From contig JAQGDQ010000622.1 in NCBI GenBank assembly GCA_030141605.1, forward strand, positions 61,410-125,409: a stretch of 64,000 nt of DNA. Reading direction: 5' to 3'. The translations under genes were made by a program, and so were the position numbers. The notes below the pieces were generated by a model. That model made no database searches. It saw only the letters and a list, made by a program, of their open reading frames with translations, and was not told the DNA's origin. Position 1 is the first letter of the stretch, and every line of letters starts with the position of its first letter. Origin of the DNA: Tubiluchus corallicola (taxonomy: Eukaryota; Animalia; Priapulida). Positions 27,901-39,654 of the stretch are shown here, in pieces.

Positions 27901-30900
27901 TGATGATTTAAAAGTTCTGTTGTTTTTGTTTTTAGCGCAGACAGCAGTCTGGGAAGTTAATCACTGTAAGCAGGCAGGTGTATGCAGCACTGTGTACATA
28001 ACTAACAACTCTACTTACGAATGGAGTGAAATTCAAGATTCTAACTGTTCCACTGGTAACTAATTGTAGCTTGTAATTGATTGTAAAGGGTTAACCCAAA
28101 TCTGTGTACAACTGTTTAAACTTTCCCTGGGATGAGATATGGTTTTATTTCATTAACTTAATTCTGATAAGGCCGCTCAAAAATAGTTTGCCGTAAATTG
28201 AAACTGGGTAAAATAATAGTATAATGAATGCCATTAAATATTACTCACTATTGGCCAATGATGCTTGAATGCTTTGTGCGGTGTCTTGCTTATACAAAAA
28301 TAATATAACAGTAACAGGATGAACCCTAGTAGGCATCCTGTAATTTCTCGGTGCTAAATTGCACTCTTCTTGGTGGTAAATTGCACTCTTCTTATTCCAA
28401 TTCCAGATTTTTTCATACTAAATCTCTTGCTGCTTACAAGGAGTACCCTTATTCTCCTTGGAAGATCCCAAATAGTTTCAGAAGTCTCTTTTTCCCTAAC
28501 AACAGTTTGTGAAAGTTTTTGCACAGTTAAAAAACTTGTGGATTACTGTAAAATTACCATAAAGATCCCTGCATTCCGGAAGACAAAATTATGCCTGTGA
28601 CATACATTGCAGAATGCATTATCAAACCATATTTAGTTTGCAACCGCATGTGGTTTCGTACTGTATATTAGCGATTTATAATTTGTGCGAAAATGCCATG
28701 AATAGCAATTTCTTCTGCTTTTTTTGATACACATTTGGAAAAGTCCTTAATGAGACGATGGGAAGTTATTATGAATCATTTGATACTAAAATGTTAGCCA
28801 GATAGTTGAGAGAATGGCAAAAAGCAGCTACGCTGGCTTACCCTTATATCTTGGTTTGCTGGAAAAAGTGGGGAGACGGGCTGACTTTGCCAATTGTTCG
28901 TATTTACCTATACTAATCTAATACAGTAGGTACCGTGTATTAGTCGCACAGCAATGAAGAGAAACCGCTAGTACAGGCTGCTTCTGAGATACAAAGGCTT
29001 CTCGCGTCGTTACACCATGCTTGGTTACACCGATGTAGCGATGTAAACAAAGTGAGGGTCAATCAGCTCGCGAGACAACGGACTGTGTCCAACTGTCCGT
29101 AGTATGCGGGACTTTTAACAATCGAGATTTTATTCAATGTGTGTAAAAGTGAGGTCTGGCAAACCGAGATATGAGTGTATATGCACCTGTGCGACCACGC
29201 CACATATACAAATGTGCCAGCTAGCCTGACATATTAATACATCCGTTAATGTAACTGCAATATCTCGCAATCTTAACCTATAAGTAAGCAAAATTATTGC
29301 TCTAACATACAGTCATGCAATTTTTTAACTGTGTTAACTGTTATTTGACAGGAATAAGTATTATCATATTAATTTGTCTTTCTCTGGTTGTTTTGTTATA
29401 TCTATATTGTACTAAAGCGCTACTTTTTTGTTTCAGGTATGTTAGCTAATTGTGAGTGGACCAGTGGGTTAAATGTTACGTTTCCGGAATTGGCCGATGC
29501 AGCGTATCTGAAATACTTGATGCCGATCAAGAATATTACAGATTTTTCTGTCTGCATGGTAAAATGAAATTTTCCTTTCATGTCTAAACTTTTGAGTAAC
29601 TGTAAGAAACAAGGATAATTCAAATGAGCAGTTTAAAAGAACAGCAACATTTTTTTGTTGGATGTCCCACAATAAGCAACAATTTTTTGGCAGTTTTTTA
29701 AAAGCAATAACGTTTCTATTGTTCAACTAGCAGTCATCATCAGGTGATGGAAAAAAATTGTTTATTACCCGATTGCTTATGATGAATGTGTGCAGGAGAA
29801 ACGTTAATAAAAAAATTGATAAAAAACAGGTTGGTTATTATTAGATATTTAAGAAATTGATGCCATTTTTGCTATACTAAGAGTTTGAAAATTCTGTGTA
29901 CATAACTGATGTACAGGTGTACAGGTGTACTGATTGGCATGAAATTACCATTATCAGCATTTCTGGAACTGCAGGCATACTCTTTATACTTTACTTATAT
30001 TTGTGATTTTTGTTATTTCTACATAAAAAAATTACATGTAAAATTAAATGTAAAATCCATAATATTAAAACATTGGATCTTCTTTTGTTTAAATACAAAA
30101 TCTGCTCTTGGAGTGTCAGCAGAATTTAAATTTAAGTTTATTAGCATTTCTGTAGCATTCTAATGATATAGTTACGTTCGAATTTCATAAGGAAGAGCAT
30201 TCTAGTAAATGGAGTGCAATTTCTAAATCAACAATTTTGCATGATAGTTGAAACAGCTTGGTAAAGCAAGTTTTGTATAGTCTTATGTTTTTATACTCTT
30301 ATTGTACTGCGTTAATTGCCTAGCATTTGTTTTGTGCCCATGATATGAATAGTGACACAATTTTTTCTTTTATGTTTAGAATTGTCTTACTTTGCAGTTT
30401 ATTTATGTCATGCTTAGGTATATAGCTTTAACTGTAGACCAACAGCTGTCCAGCTCTGAACCATAACAACGTCTGGATTGAATTAGTCTACATAACAACA
30501 TTTAGAAGTGATGACTAAACGTGATTAAGGTGATAATTGCCAAAGCATCTGCTACGGATTGCAGTTTTTCTTTACCCAAGAGTTGCTCTTCGTGTACCTT
30601 CTGATATTGTCATGATTGCTTTTACATTGGCCTGGTGCCTTGCCATATATCCAGATCAGCTACCCGTTCACCATATATCTTATTTGTGTTGCACTTTTAC
30701 AATTCCTTGGATACCTTTCTGTCTTATCTTGCATGTCTTCTTTGCCTTGAAATAATATTGCTTTCATCCCATGTTCCACACTTGCTCACATCTGTGCTTA
30801 CTGTCAAATACGTGATTGTTGTAGTTTCTATGAATATGAAGCAGCAATATTTTAACTGTATAAACAAAATATTTGTCTTAAACATGATAGATAAAGCTGC

Positions 30901-33900
30901 TAACTTCTTGAATTTGTACTATATTCTTACCTACATAGTATACTCTTAGCTGTATGGCATAAAAAAAGTTTACGTTCATTATACCATGTTTTCAAGTTGA
31001 TGTTTGCAAACTAAAATATCATGTGACTACTTAGTAATGGTTAGTGAATGTCAGATAAATTTTTTCTGGAAATTTCTATGCAATTTTTGCAGAAGCTAAC
31101 CTGCTGCATGATGCATTAGTATAATTTTGCAAGCTTAAACTTTTAATATTTTGTGTTTGGATAAATAAACTTACCCTAAAAATTATCTGTAATTCTTAGT
31201 CAAATTTAAAAAAATGATGCTAGCCCTTTTTTGGCATCACTCACCAGGTCTATACGTTTATGAATTCATTAAATTCTATTATTTCAGTGGCTGCAGCCAA
31301 AAGTCGGAAGTGGACTTGATGTGAAGAATGTGACACTGCTTTCCTATGCAAGTTCAGACGGAAATAGCGAATTTACTTTGAAAATGCGGAACTGCACATT
31401 TTACTTTCTGAATCTGCTATCGGGGTCGATGTACGTATGAAAATAATGGAAAACAAAGTGAAGTTTAATACACTGTACTCTGCCTTCATATGTGATAAGT
31501 CATCGTTAGTTTATACTGTGTAAAGTTTTCATCATTTCACTTGAGATGGTTAGTGTTATAAATGTATCTTAGAAGAGAATATTCAACAGTTTAGAAGCTA
31601 TTCTATATGAATCAGTGCTTGCCTTATTGCACATAAATACAGAAAGATGTCCATTACAAGAATATAAAGTTCTAATGATACTGTTTTTTAAAGTAAAAGC
31701 ACAGCCTCACCAACAATTTTAGCAAAAGTTTAAGGAATGTGTTGAAATAATATTCCATTTGCTTTTGTAAAATAATTAAATAATTTATGGTTTTACTTAC
31801 ACCAATTACTGTATACACGCAATTCATCGATTGGGCGACCATTCACGGATGACGTCAATACAGGAATTATAATACAGTAGGCGTCGCTTAATATTCTCAA
31901 TCGCTTAATTGACTCAAATACTCCTGGTACAGGCTGCTTCTATTCAAATGTGCATAAAAACTGTCGGTAATTGACTCCGCATAATTGACTCAATATTTTT
32001 CTTTCGCATTCCTGAAATAAGACATTTGTATGTGTCCAAAAAGACTTTGATACTTTTATGTCATGTTTACTTTGCTTTTGTGCACTATAATTTATGTAAA
32101 AACTGAGAAACAATCATGTTAAGTGCCGTTTTGTATGTAAGCAGGTACGTTTATCATGCGCCAATATGCTAGCGTAGCAGTTTTGCCTTGAATCTGGTAC
32201 CCGCTCGTTCTTGCAGTTAACCTCGTAACCTAGGGTATTCGATTTATTTATTTCTTTTCTGCTTAAGTTGTTGGTTTTGATATTTATAAAACATGACTGG
32301 GCATTTACTCTAAACGAAGTACGTGGTTAAAATGATGCAAACTAGATGCTGCTAGAATTAGTTCTTCAGCTTTTTTTACATACACACAATTTATATATTT
32401 TATATGCTGATTTCAAGTATCTTGCATTTTTACCTACCGGGCAGTCTGTGTTGATTTCTTCATTGTTCTATAATCTCCTCCTAAGCTCATTAACAAACTC
32501 CTTCCCGATTGGTATGTTTTGCATGTTAGCCTCAGGGAAAGAAACTGCCTGTTTTAATTCTGTCACTTGTTATAGGTTTGACAGTTTTGAAGAAATTTCA
32601 TTGATTTAATTGCAACAGCCAATTTGTTCCAACAAAGTTAACCCATTTTTTTCTAAATAGGCGGATAGATTTCAACACAGTTTTCATTTCAGGGTGGTAT
32701 GACGTAAGCCTTTGGCATACTGACAACGAATTCTTGCAGTATTAGTTTGAAATTTCTTTAATGCTTTTTATTTCCTGTGCTTGAACTGTAGCTACATTTT
32801 ACAACTGTTCTTGAAATTAAACTAATGGCAAAGAGATAGAGATTGTCATCGCAAATTTGTAGTTATTCAGAACTACGATACATTTAAAAATTTGCAAATA
32901 TTGTGACCCAGTTATTTCATTTTAATAATTTGCAGTCATGTCGCATTTATGGCATTTGTACGCACAAAATAATTCACCTTTTCTGTTTGAGTTGTTTTTG
33001 GTGAATTTTGCAGGTATGTACTGTCACCTGAATGTGCAAACTTAACATTAGCAGATGGAGCCTTTCACTTCTTTTGTTTTGTTAAGAATGAATCAAATGT
33101 TGAGATGTGGATTGATGCTGCTACTTCAAGTAAGTACTTTCTAATATCATATGTTACTGTTGTACGTATTTTTATTATAAGCTTCAACAACGTGGTACGT
33201 ACTCAACAGAACAGAACTCACAACTTTCTTGTTTGTGTATTCTTCACGTTTACTTAAGTAATCCTACCTAATGTTACAGTATGCAAGAATGATCTTGATA
33301 GTGCACACCGATCTGTTGTGTAATAAATATCCCGTGTATCATGGGTGAAAAATATCCCTGTTATTTTGTCTAGGTGTATTTTTTACTTGAGTTGAGAAGC
33401 AGACTTTAGTTTGTGCTAGAACCACAAGAGCAGCTAGCTCAACTAAGATGCTAAATTCTAGCTGTATTGATATTTTACGAAAAGAAATAGAAGCTATCAG
33501 TCTATTGTATGGCTTTATCAGAACTTTTCTTTAAGATAAACTTAGCATCACTGTTAAAACAAAGTCATCTGATAGAGATTCACATTATTTTTTTCCACAA
33601 TTCGTAAATGCAGTTACGTTCAAGTAGTAGCCACACCACATTTCACATTAGAAGTTAAAATTGTACAAATTTACTAAAATTATTTTAAAATTAACTCTCT
33701 GATATATTTGCAAAGGAAAAATTATACAGAGTTTTGCATAAGCGTGGCAGTTTTTTTGGAAACATTTCCATTCTTTCAGTTGCCGTTTGTTAAGTGTCAA
33801 ATATTTTTTAAAGTCAGGATTCAGGGATATCAAAACATATTTATGAACTGTAGCAATTTACTTTTATTATTTGAGTTTTACACCAAGGTACACCAAGTTG

Positions 33901-36900
33901 TTAAGTTTATATTTGACAATTTTTCTTTACCATGTGCAACAATGCAACACCTGTGAGCTTTTTAATGCCCATGCAGCTAAAGAGACTAGCTTGTTATTTG
34001 GGATTGCATAAAAAGGTGGAATTTTTGTCTTAAAATCAATGTCATCTTATCGTGTTTGGGACTGGTAGTTTATATTACCCAATTTTAAGATTTGTGTTTT
34101 TTTTATTAGTGTTTGTGACATTCCTAACTGAATTTTCAAAGCGTCTCTAGTTTTCTTGGTATTTTTTGATAATATTGCACTATTTCTATGTAGCCATCGT
34201 AACTGAGAGGTTCTATATATACCCCTTTCATTTGACAGATTTGTTTCTTTTCACGCTGTTGATAACAAAAACATATAAATTTAAGTAATTTCACGAATTT
34301 CTAAAAAACTGTTTCAGGTTCTACCAAAGTGAATAATGTCACAGTGACATCCGGCGGGTCCTTGTTTTTTGCAAAGAGTGAACAGAACGCAAACGGTGGA
34401 TACGTGGGAACAGTTAGAGATATCCGATTTTTTGCGAGAGCTTTGGACACTAAAAACATTAGTGAGCAAATCTTTTTTCTTGTATTGATAACGCACCCCC
34501 TTTTGGGGTTACACTCTAATGAAACAATAATCCACATTAATATTTCAGACAACGATATTCAAGAATAGTTTTTAGTTAAGTGGTTTGCATAGAAACAGTG
34601 ATATGTCTATTTAGTGAAGACTTATAACTATGAGAACAAGATGTCTTCAATTTGGGTTTTGTTTCATTGCTTATATGTATACATTAATTTGCATGCTGTT
34701 TATTTGCCCTTTGTTTTTTATGTTCTCCCGTGGCTTAATAAGATATTGAAGTCATTCCAGGATCTTGTTGTTTTACGTACCATTCGTTACTATTGTTTAT
34801 TCTGTGCTAAGACTTTCATTACTCAAAGGTACACTACCTAGAGTCGCCATTTTTTCAATGTAGACACCTCGGACAACGGAATATAAGGATACCGAACAGG
34901 GACATTGGTCAGCTTTACAATTATTTCTCAACTCCTATAGAGCTTTGGACTAGTTTCAAAATTTATTTGACAACTATTTTGCTAGTGTATGTGGTAGATG
35001 TGCACTGAGTATTTTTCGGAAAGTGAGCTGGTGAAAATATAAAAATACGTTCATGTCAGTAGCGTAAAAAGTATGTCAGCTAGAGAGACGAGACTTGATT
35101 GGCACCTGGGATATCAGCTTAAGCTACCGCATAGTCACTGTGACCAAAACCAAAAAGTCAAGGTCAATGGGCATTTACAAATTCCTTCTATAGCTTCTAA
35201 TAATTCAAAAATTACAGTATTTATGTGGTTAATAATAGGCTTTTGATAAAAAGGGCTAAAGTCAGCAAACCTTTTTTGTTTGCTGGTGTAAACACTGTAC
35301 AGATTACACCAATTTTTATTGCAGTGTAATATAATGTAACTTAATGTAATATTGCTGTTTCATTTCATAGTACTGTTCATGTTGCAGTGAATTACGTTAA
35401 CTCACAATTCATCACTTGGCTCATTCGTCTTGCAGAATCTTCAGTTTACGACTTTGTCCTAAACTCTTTTCTGGTTCGCATTTTATTTCTTACATTGCGT
35501 CGTAGATTCGCCATAGAGTCATTTTATTCATTTTAACACAATTCAAATTCCTGCTGGGAGAAAATGAGTTACTGCTCATGAAAAAAAACCTAATCTTTAT
35601 AGAAACACTTATTCTTTTTTAATATCAGCTTTTATAATACATAGGTAAACAGTTTTTTTATTAAACAGTTTTGTATGTAACTAAGCAGCAAAAATTGTCA
35701 AAATTTAGTCAAAAAGACAAAAAGTGTCACCTTTTAGCTAAATGTTTTGTTATTGACAGCTGAGCTGTATGACACTGGAAGGAATGCAATATTTCCGAAA
35801 GCCATTCCATTGCCAGAAAAGTTTCTGCACCGAAAGGTTTTGATATGTAATGGTACGTGCCAGTATTGATTTTTTACTCTCTTAAATTTTATATGTAATT
35901 CCGTCATTACAATTAGCCTGCATGAATGAATAATAGTAGTAACTGGCCACTTTAATTATTCAAGTTATGGATGTTATGGATGTCAGAGTTACCCTGCAAA
36001 ATATTTTTTGCATAGTTATAATCATAATTATTAGGTTATTATTCATGATGGTACAAGCACACAAAGAGAAAGCATAAATGCTGATACTGGTTAACCAACT
36101 GTAAGGGATGAACTTTGGGCTGTCATGATCGCTGGGAAACATGATAATTTAGCATTTGCGACATCTGTCTTGCAAGCAGAGGATCCCTGTTGTGTTCCAG
36201 CTTTTCCTGTTTTTCAGAACTTTTCAAAATTCAATTTATTGTGGTTTTGTACCATCATACATTGCACTGTGTTTAATAATTATATACTCAGTTGTTAATT
36301 CTTTGTTTGCTAAACACGCCTTGAGTCGGCGATAGTAGAGAGTTTCCGCTACAATCGCAGAACGCTTCTTCGTAAAATCATTAGTACCGCAGAACTCGCT
36401 TTACAATCACAATTACAATTACAATCGCAAGCTAATTGTAAGCTTAGTAGACAGTCAGCATCGACAGTTTCTGCACAGTTTCCAGCTAGGTAGTATCATC
36501 TTTAGTTTGTAACTGTGTGTTTTATTTTGTCTCGCTGTGTCTAAAAAATATAAATCTTCTAAACTCTTCAAAAGTTAGTCACTATAGTCAGCGCAGTCAG
36601 AGCAGTATAACAAAACACACCAAACGTGATTCTGACTGTGGCTGTAGTGACGCCATTTCAGAATCGCAATTTTTTGCTGTTTGATAGTGGCGGAAACTCT
36701 GTAGTACTAGATAAGTCATTGAGCCTGTAACAGTGATGCTTTTAGCTCATCTATTTTTGTTATAGTTATAATATTTCTGTTTCTTAAGTACTATTTAATT
36801 TTTCATTCCTTCAGCTTTGGTTACTTCTATGTCTTATATTTTTTAGCCGTCGTGAATTTTATTCTGTTTATGCTTTTTTATCAGTAGTGTTCATCTTTGG

Positions 36901-39654
36901 ATGTTCCTGCTCACCGATTACTGTTGTCTGGTTTGATTTCGTACGTCTTGGAAATTTCACTCAGGAAACAGTGAATAACGGCTTGCTTCACTTTTTTTGG
37001 GATGGAGGGAATGTGCTTGTTGTTTCTCTCTTCTGTATTCTCTTTTTAATTTAGTTGACTTTTTTTGCTAATTGCTACCACTTTGCCCCTTTTTTCTGCT
37101 ATTCTGCCTTCTTTTCCTTTTCAATTATTATCCTTTTCTTTATTGATTTCCAGGTTTCTTTTCCTTTTGTCTATTCTCACCTGTTTTCCCCACCTTCTTT
37201 TGTGTTTCTTTTATTTCATTTTCCATTTTCATTTTTATATGCACCTTCTACTTTGACTTCCTTCCCATCCATAGTTTATACTTTGCTTCCCTCTACCTCC
37301 TCATTTACTTTTCTAACGTGCTACACAGAATAATAGAAATTTACCTCTCCATTGTAGGTGTTTTGACTAATTCAGGATTACTTTGTGTCATATTAAACAC
37401 ATGTAGTTCGAATTTCGATTCTTAGTTTGTCTTCATTTTCGTTATCTTATTCTTTGAGTTTTATTCTCATCTCTCGGAACGCTTGATTTTTCTTTACACA
37501 ATGCTTTGTTTCAATATTGGCCTTCTAAAACATCACTGGTTTTCAACTTTTTCGATGCACCACATAATCAAAATGTTAAACAAAGAAAGCTCCATAAATA
37601 TCTATCTCTTTATATTGTTTATAGAAACTGGTGCATGTGAAAGCTTTCCCTGTCAGAATGGCGGCACTTGCAACAACCACGGAAACTACTACAGCTGCAG
37701 CTGTCCTCTAGGATTTTTAGGAAATCAGTGCGAGAAGATGGTGGGAAATTGTAGCTCTGTTCCTTGTAAAAATGGAGGAACCTGCCTAGAAGAGTCGGGC
37801 GTCAAAACTGCTTATCGTTGCCTCTGTCCAGAAGGCATTTTGGGACCCACTTGTGCTGTTAAACCTGAAAGAGCTACAGGAAAAGAACGGAGAAGTTTCA
37901 GCGCACCATTTTCCATGCGAACCACCAACGATTGCAGTGCATGCCAGAAATATGAGAAATGCATTCGAAGTGGTGAAGGTTACGTTTGTGTTTGTCCTGA
38001 GGGGTACACAGGTGATAGGTGCGAAAGCAATCTTGTAAGAGTTGCCCCAGAATTACGAATGCTCAGAACTGACAATTTTACCACTGATAAGTGCCACCCT
38101 AACCCTTGTCAAAACAGTGGCAGTTGTGTTCAGCGTGGATCTCCGTATGGTAGACAATACAACTGCTTCTGCACAGAAGGTTATACTGGTTACAACTGCG
38201 AGTACATTTTTGACATCAATAATAAATGTTCTCCTAATCCATGCCTAAACAATGGAACATGTGTTCCAGACGATGAAAGTTTCAGTTGCTCTTGTACAGA
38301 GAGATACATTGGGTCTTATTGTGAAGTGGAGGCAAGCATTATATCTCCGAAGATACTGCCTCTTCACCGTTCTTGTTTTACTGATCCTTGTCAAAATGCT
38401 GGGACATGCGTACAAGGTGGACAGAATTACAGTTGCTTATGTCTGGAGGGGTACAGTGGACGTAACTGTGAAGACTTTGTGGGCCTTCCATCCTCCACAC
38501 AGACGATTGTCATTGACAAGTGTATTCCAAATCCTTGCCGGAATGCAGGGACCTGCAAACAAAGTGGACAAAATTACACTTGTTTATGTCTGGAGGGGTA
38601 CAGTGGACCTAACTGTAAAAACTTTGTGGGCTTTTCATCCTCCACACAGACGATTGTCATTGACAAGTGTATTCCAAATCCTTGCCGGAATGCAGGAACC
38701 TGCAAACAAAGTGGACAAAATTACACTTGTTTATGTCTGGAGGGGTACAGTGGACCTAACTGTAAAAACTTTGTGGGCTTTTCATCCTCCAAACAGACGA
38801 TTGTTTTTGACAAGTGTATTCCAAATCCTTGTCAGAATGCAGGGACCTGCAAACAAGGTGGACAAAATTACAGTTGTTTATGTCTGGAGGGGTATAGTGG
38901 ACCTAACTGTGAAGACTTTGTGGGCTTTTCATCCTCCAAACAGACGATTGTTTTTGACAAGTGTACTCCAAATCCTTGTCAGAATGCAGGGACATGTGTA
39001 CAAGGTGGACCAAATTACAATTGCTTATGTCTGGAGGGGTACAGTGGGCGTAACTGTGAAAACCTTGTGGGCTTTTCATCCTCCAAACAGACGATTGTTT
39101 TTGACAAGTGTACTCCAAATCCTTGCCAGAATGCAGGGACATGTGTACAAGGTGGACCAAATTACAATTGCTTATGTCTGGAGGGGTACAGTGGGCGTAA
39201 CTGTGAAGACTTTGTGGGCTTTCCATCCGCCACACAGACATTTGTCTTTAACATGTGTATTCCAAATCCTTGTCAGAATGGTGGGACGTGTGTTCTCCAC
39301 AACAATGGGTCATATACTTGTGATTGCAGACTAGAATATGATGGCGCCACCTGTGAAAATAAATACATGCCCTGTGGCATCAACGTGGAAGAAGTCTTTA
39401 GCGATATGAACCGCGAAATTTTGCCCTGCACTACAGATGCTGACTGTCCAGGGAAACAACAGTGCTGCCCCGAATATGGATGCTTGCCATTGGCATATCT
39501 TTACACGTGGGAACGGATCATCGGAAGCTGGCAGAATATCGTTTATGTTGCTCTCGGTTGTGCGACTGCTATTGTCATTATAGCCGTGATTTGTGGTGGT
39601 TTAGTTTGTTTGTTTGGTAAAGTGTCATCCATTGTTTCACCGTCATTTAATTAA
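12848..39654 (+). CDS. Mosaic type-I membrane protein: SP-5xWSC-Kunitz-EGF-linker-pentraxin/LamG-12xEGF-WAP-like-TM (16 coding exons)
   Basis: 16 GT-AG exons (listed below) splice in compatible phases into one ORF from ATG 12848 to TAA 39652-39654. Domains were recognised by Cys spacing and motifs. Confidence 0.8.
13013..13496. mobile_element. hAT-like MITE with 6-bp TSD
   Basis: TIR cagggcttgtactc / gagtacaagccctg; TTAGTT on both flanks; internal tcctata repeats. Confidence 0.88.
13834..14136 (+). CDS. Receptor exon 2, WSC domain 1
   Basis: YYGCY...KCLLAC...YPYAGL...CSCGNSYGRYG...AVYDT. The donor is 14136 (phase 1) or 14140 (phase 2, paired with acceptor 15186). Confidence 0.85.
15176..15520 (+). 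CDS. Receptor exon 3, WSC domain 2
   Basis: FRGCW...DCIAVC...SCFCDG...CPRCG..GFCSG...AVYDT; donor G|GTAAGA. Confidence 0.85.
16695..17206. repeat. 51-bp minisatellite, about 10 copies, with alternating A/B units (102-bp dimer)
   Basis: Unit starts at 16769, 16820, 16871 ... 17177; taaagatg and taattatg variants alternate. Confidence 0.95.
17255..17530 (+). CDS. Receptor exon 4, WSC domain 3
   Basis: FVGCF...NCRIKC..GFYYAAIQ..NCLCGN...CAGANAIAVY; 276 nt, phase 1-1. Confidence 0.85.
17970..18403. mobile_element. hAT MITE with 8-bp TSD
   Basis: TIR taggggtgaacat / atgctcacctcta; GTACACAG duplicated; subterminal TTCGAA repeats. Confidence 0.88.
21110..21475 (+). CDS. Receptor exon 5, WSC domain 4 with basic insert
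   Basis: KLGCWND...GCSNRC..GFPYASL..FCNCG...CNIRC...TCGG; 366 nt, phase 1-1. Confidence 0.85.
22016..22678. mobile_element. hAT MITE
   Basis: TIR caagcttagagtc / gacaccaagcttg; TSD catttatc/cagttatc; subterminal aagtac repeats. Confidence 0.75.
23669..23794 (+). CDS. Receptor exon 6, WSC domain 5 N-half
   Basis: GTGCY...MTADMCVHYCYIR; donor G|GTAGGT. Confidence 0.8.
24951..25154 (+). CDS. Receptor exon 7, WSC domain 5 C-half
   Basis: GHKYAVLTGFTECRC...CDVACAG...YCGG...SIYRT; this frame is not in the ORF track. Confidence 0.85.
25188..25295. mobile_element. Short pogo-like MITE
   Basis: TA|cagtaattcctcgcttaa ... ttaagcgaggtcttactg|TA; a related left end lies at about 19914. Confidence 0.7.
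25540..25716 (+). CDS. Receptor exon 8, Kunitz/BPTI domain
   Basis: ICGMYMVKGYCKQKMDRFFYDIKAEKCIPFRYSGCKGNANNFLTFDNCIDAC: six Cys and the FxYxGCxGNxNNF signature. Confidence 0.92.
26249..26362 (+). CDS. Receptor exon 9, EGF domain
   Basis: DCKSSPCMNGGTCVQGQKCFSCICLPSFTGDVCQS; 114 nt, phase 1-1. Confidence 0.9.
27936..28055 (+). CDS. Receptor exon 10, Cys-containing linker (degenerate EGF-like)
   Basis: Strong pyrimidine tract and AG, 120 nt open, G|GTAACT donor; HCKQAGVC...SNCST. Confidence 0.65.
28850..29168. mobile_element. MITE family B copy 1
   Basis: atat|cttggtttgc ... gcaaaccgag|atat; shares cgtagtatgygggacttttaac and gtgaggtctggcaaacc with 47514-47848. Confidence 0.75.
29437..29558 (+). 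CDS. Receptor exon 11, start of pentraxin/LamG-like domain
   Basis: NCEW...VTFPELADAAYL...ITDFSVCM; phase-0 donor joins W of the next exon, giving FSVCMW. Confidence 0.8.
31288..31430 (+). CDS. Receptor exon 12, pentraxin/LamG-like
   Basis: WLQP...TLLSYASSDGNSEF (pentraxin TLFSYA motif); phase 0 to 2. Confidence 0.8.
31875..32235. mobile_element. pogo/Tigger-like MITE (family A), inverted partial copy
   Basis: TA|cagtaggcgtcgcttaata start; reverse-complement match to 120-473. Confidence 0.8.
33014..33129 (+). CDS. Receptor exon 13, pentraxin/LamG-like
   Basis: LADGAFHFFCFV...VEMWIDA (cf. DGxWHHxCxTW...YxDG); phase 2 to 1, donor GTAAGT. Confidence 0.8.
34318..34461 (+). CDS. Receptor exon 14, pentraxin/LamG-like C-part
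   Basis: SGGSLFFAKSEQ...YVGTVRDIRFFARAL...I; donor GTGAGC. Confidence 0.8.
35760..35852 (+). CDS. Receptor exon 15, linker
   Basis: ttattgacag| acceptor, TELYDTGRNAIFPKAIPLPEKFLHRKVLICN, G|GTACGT donor; phase 1-1. Confidence 0.65.
36338..36701. mobile_element. MITE
   Basis: TIR gagagtttccgctacaatc / gatagtggcggaaactctg; TAGTA on both flanks. Confidence 0.7.
37625..39654 (+). CDS. Receptor exon 16: 12 EGF + WAP-like + transmembrane helix + short tail
   Basis: Lies within the 723-aa ORF; acceptor tttatag| before ETGAC; 12 six-Cys EGF units; CTTDADCPGKQQCC; TM IVYVALGCATAIVIIAVICGGLVCLF. A possible donor lies at 39616 (G|GTAAAG). Confidence 0.9.
38368..39290 (+). repeat. 147-bp coding tandem repeat (49 aa, EGF + S/T linker), six copies plus a partial one
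   Basis: gacaagtgt recurs at 38515, 38662, 38809, 38956 and 39103; aacatgtgt at 39250. Confidence 0.95.

Noticed and set aside
37055-37333. Phe/Ser-rich ORFs resembling membrane proteins (also 57781-57963 and 58642-58893)
   Set aside because: Low-complexity pyrimidine or purine tracts with no splice or domain support.
37483-37624. Hydrophobic N-terminus of the 723-aa ORF as the signal peptide of a stand-alone gene
   Set aside because: It reads as T-rich intron sequence ending in a clear acceptor at 37624, and the phase matches exon 15. An independent start at ATG 37501 cannot be fully excluded.
38252-39334. 360-aa overlapping ORF (and antisense ORF 38903-39241)
   Set aside because: Shadow frames kept open by the 147-bp tandem repeat; no independent start context or domain.
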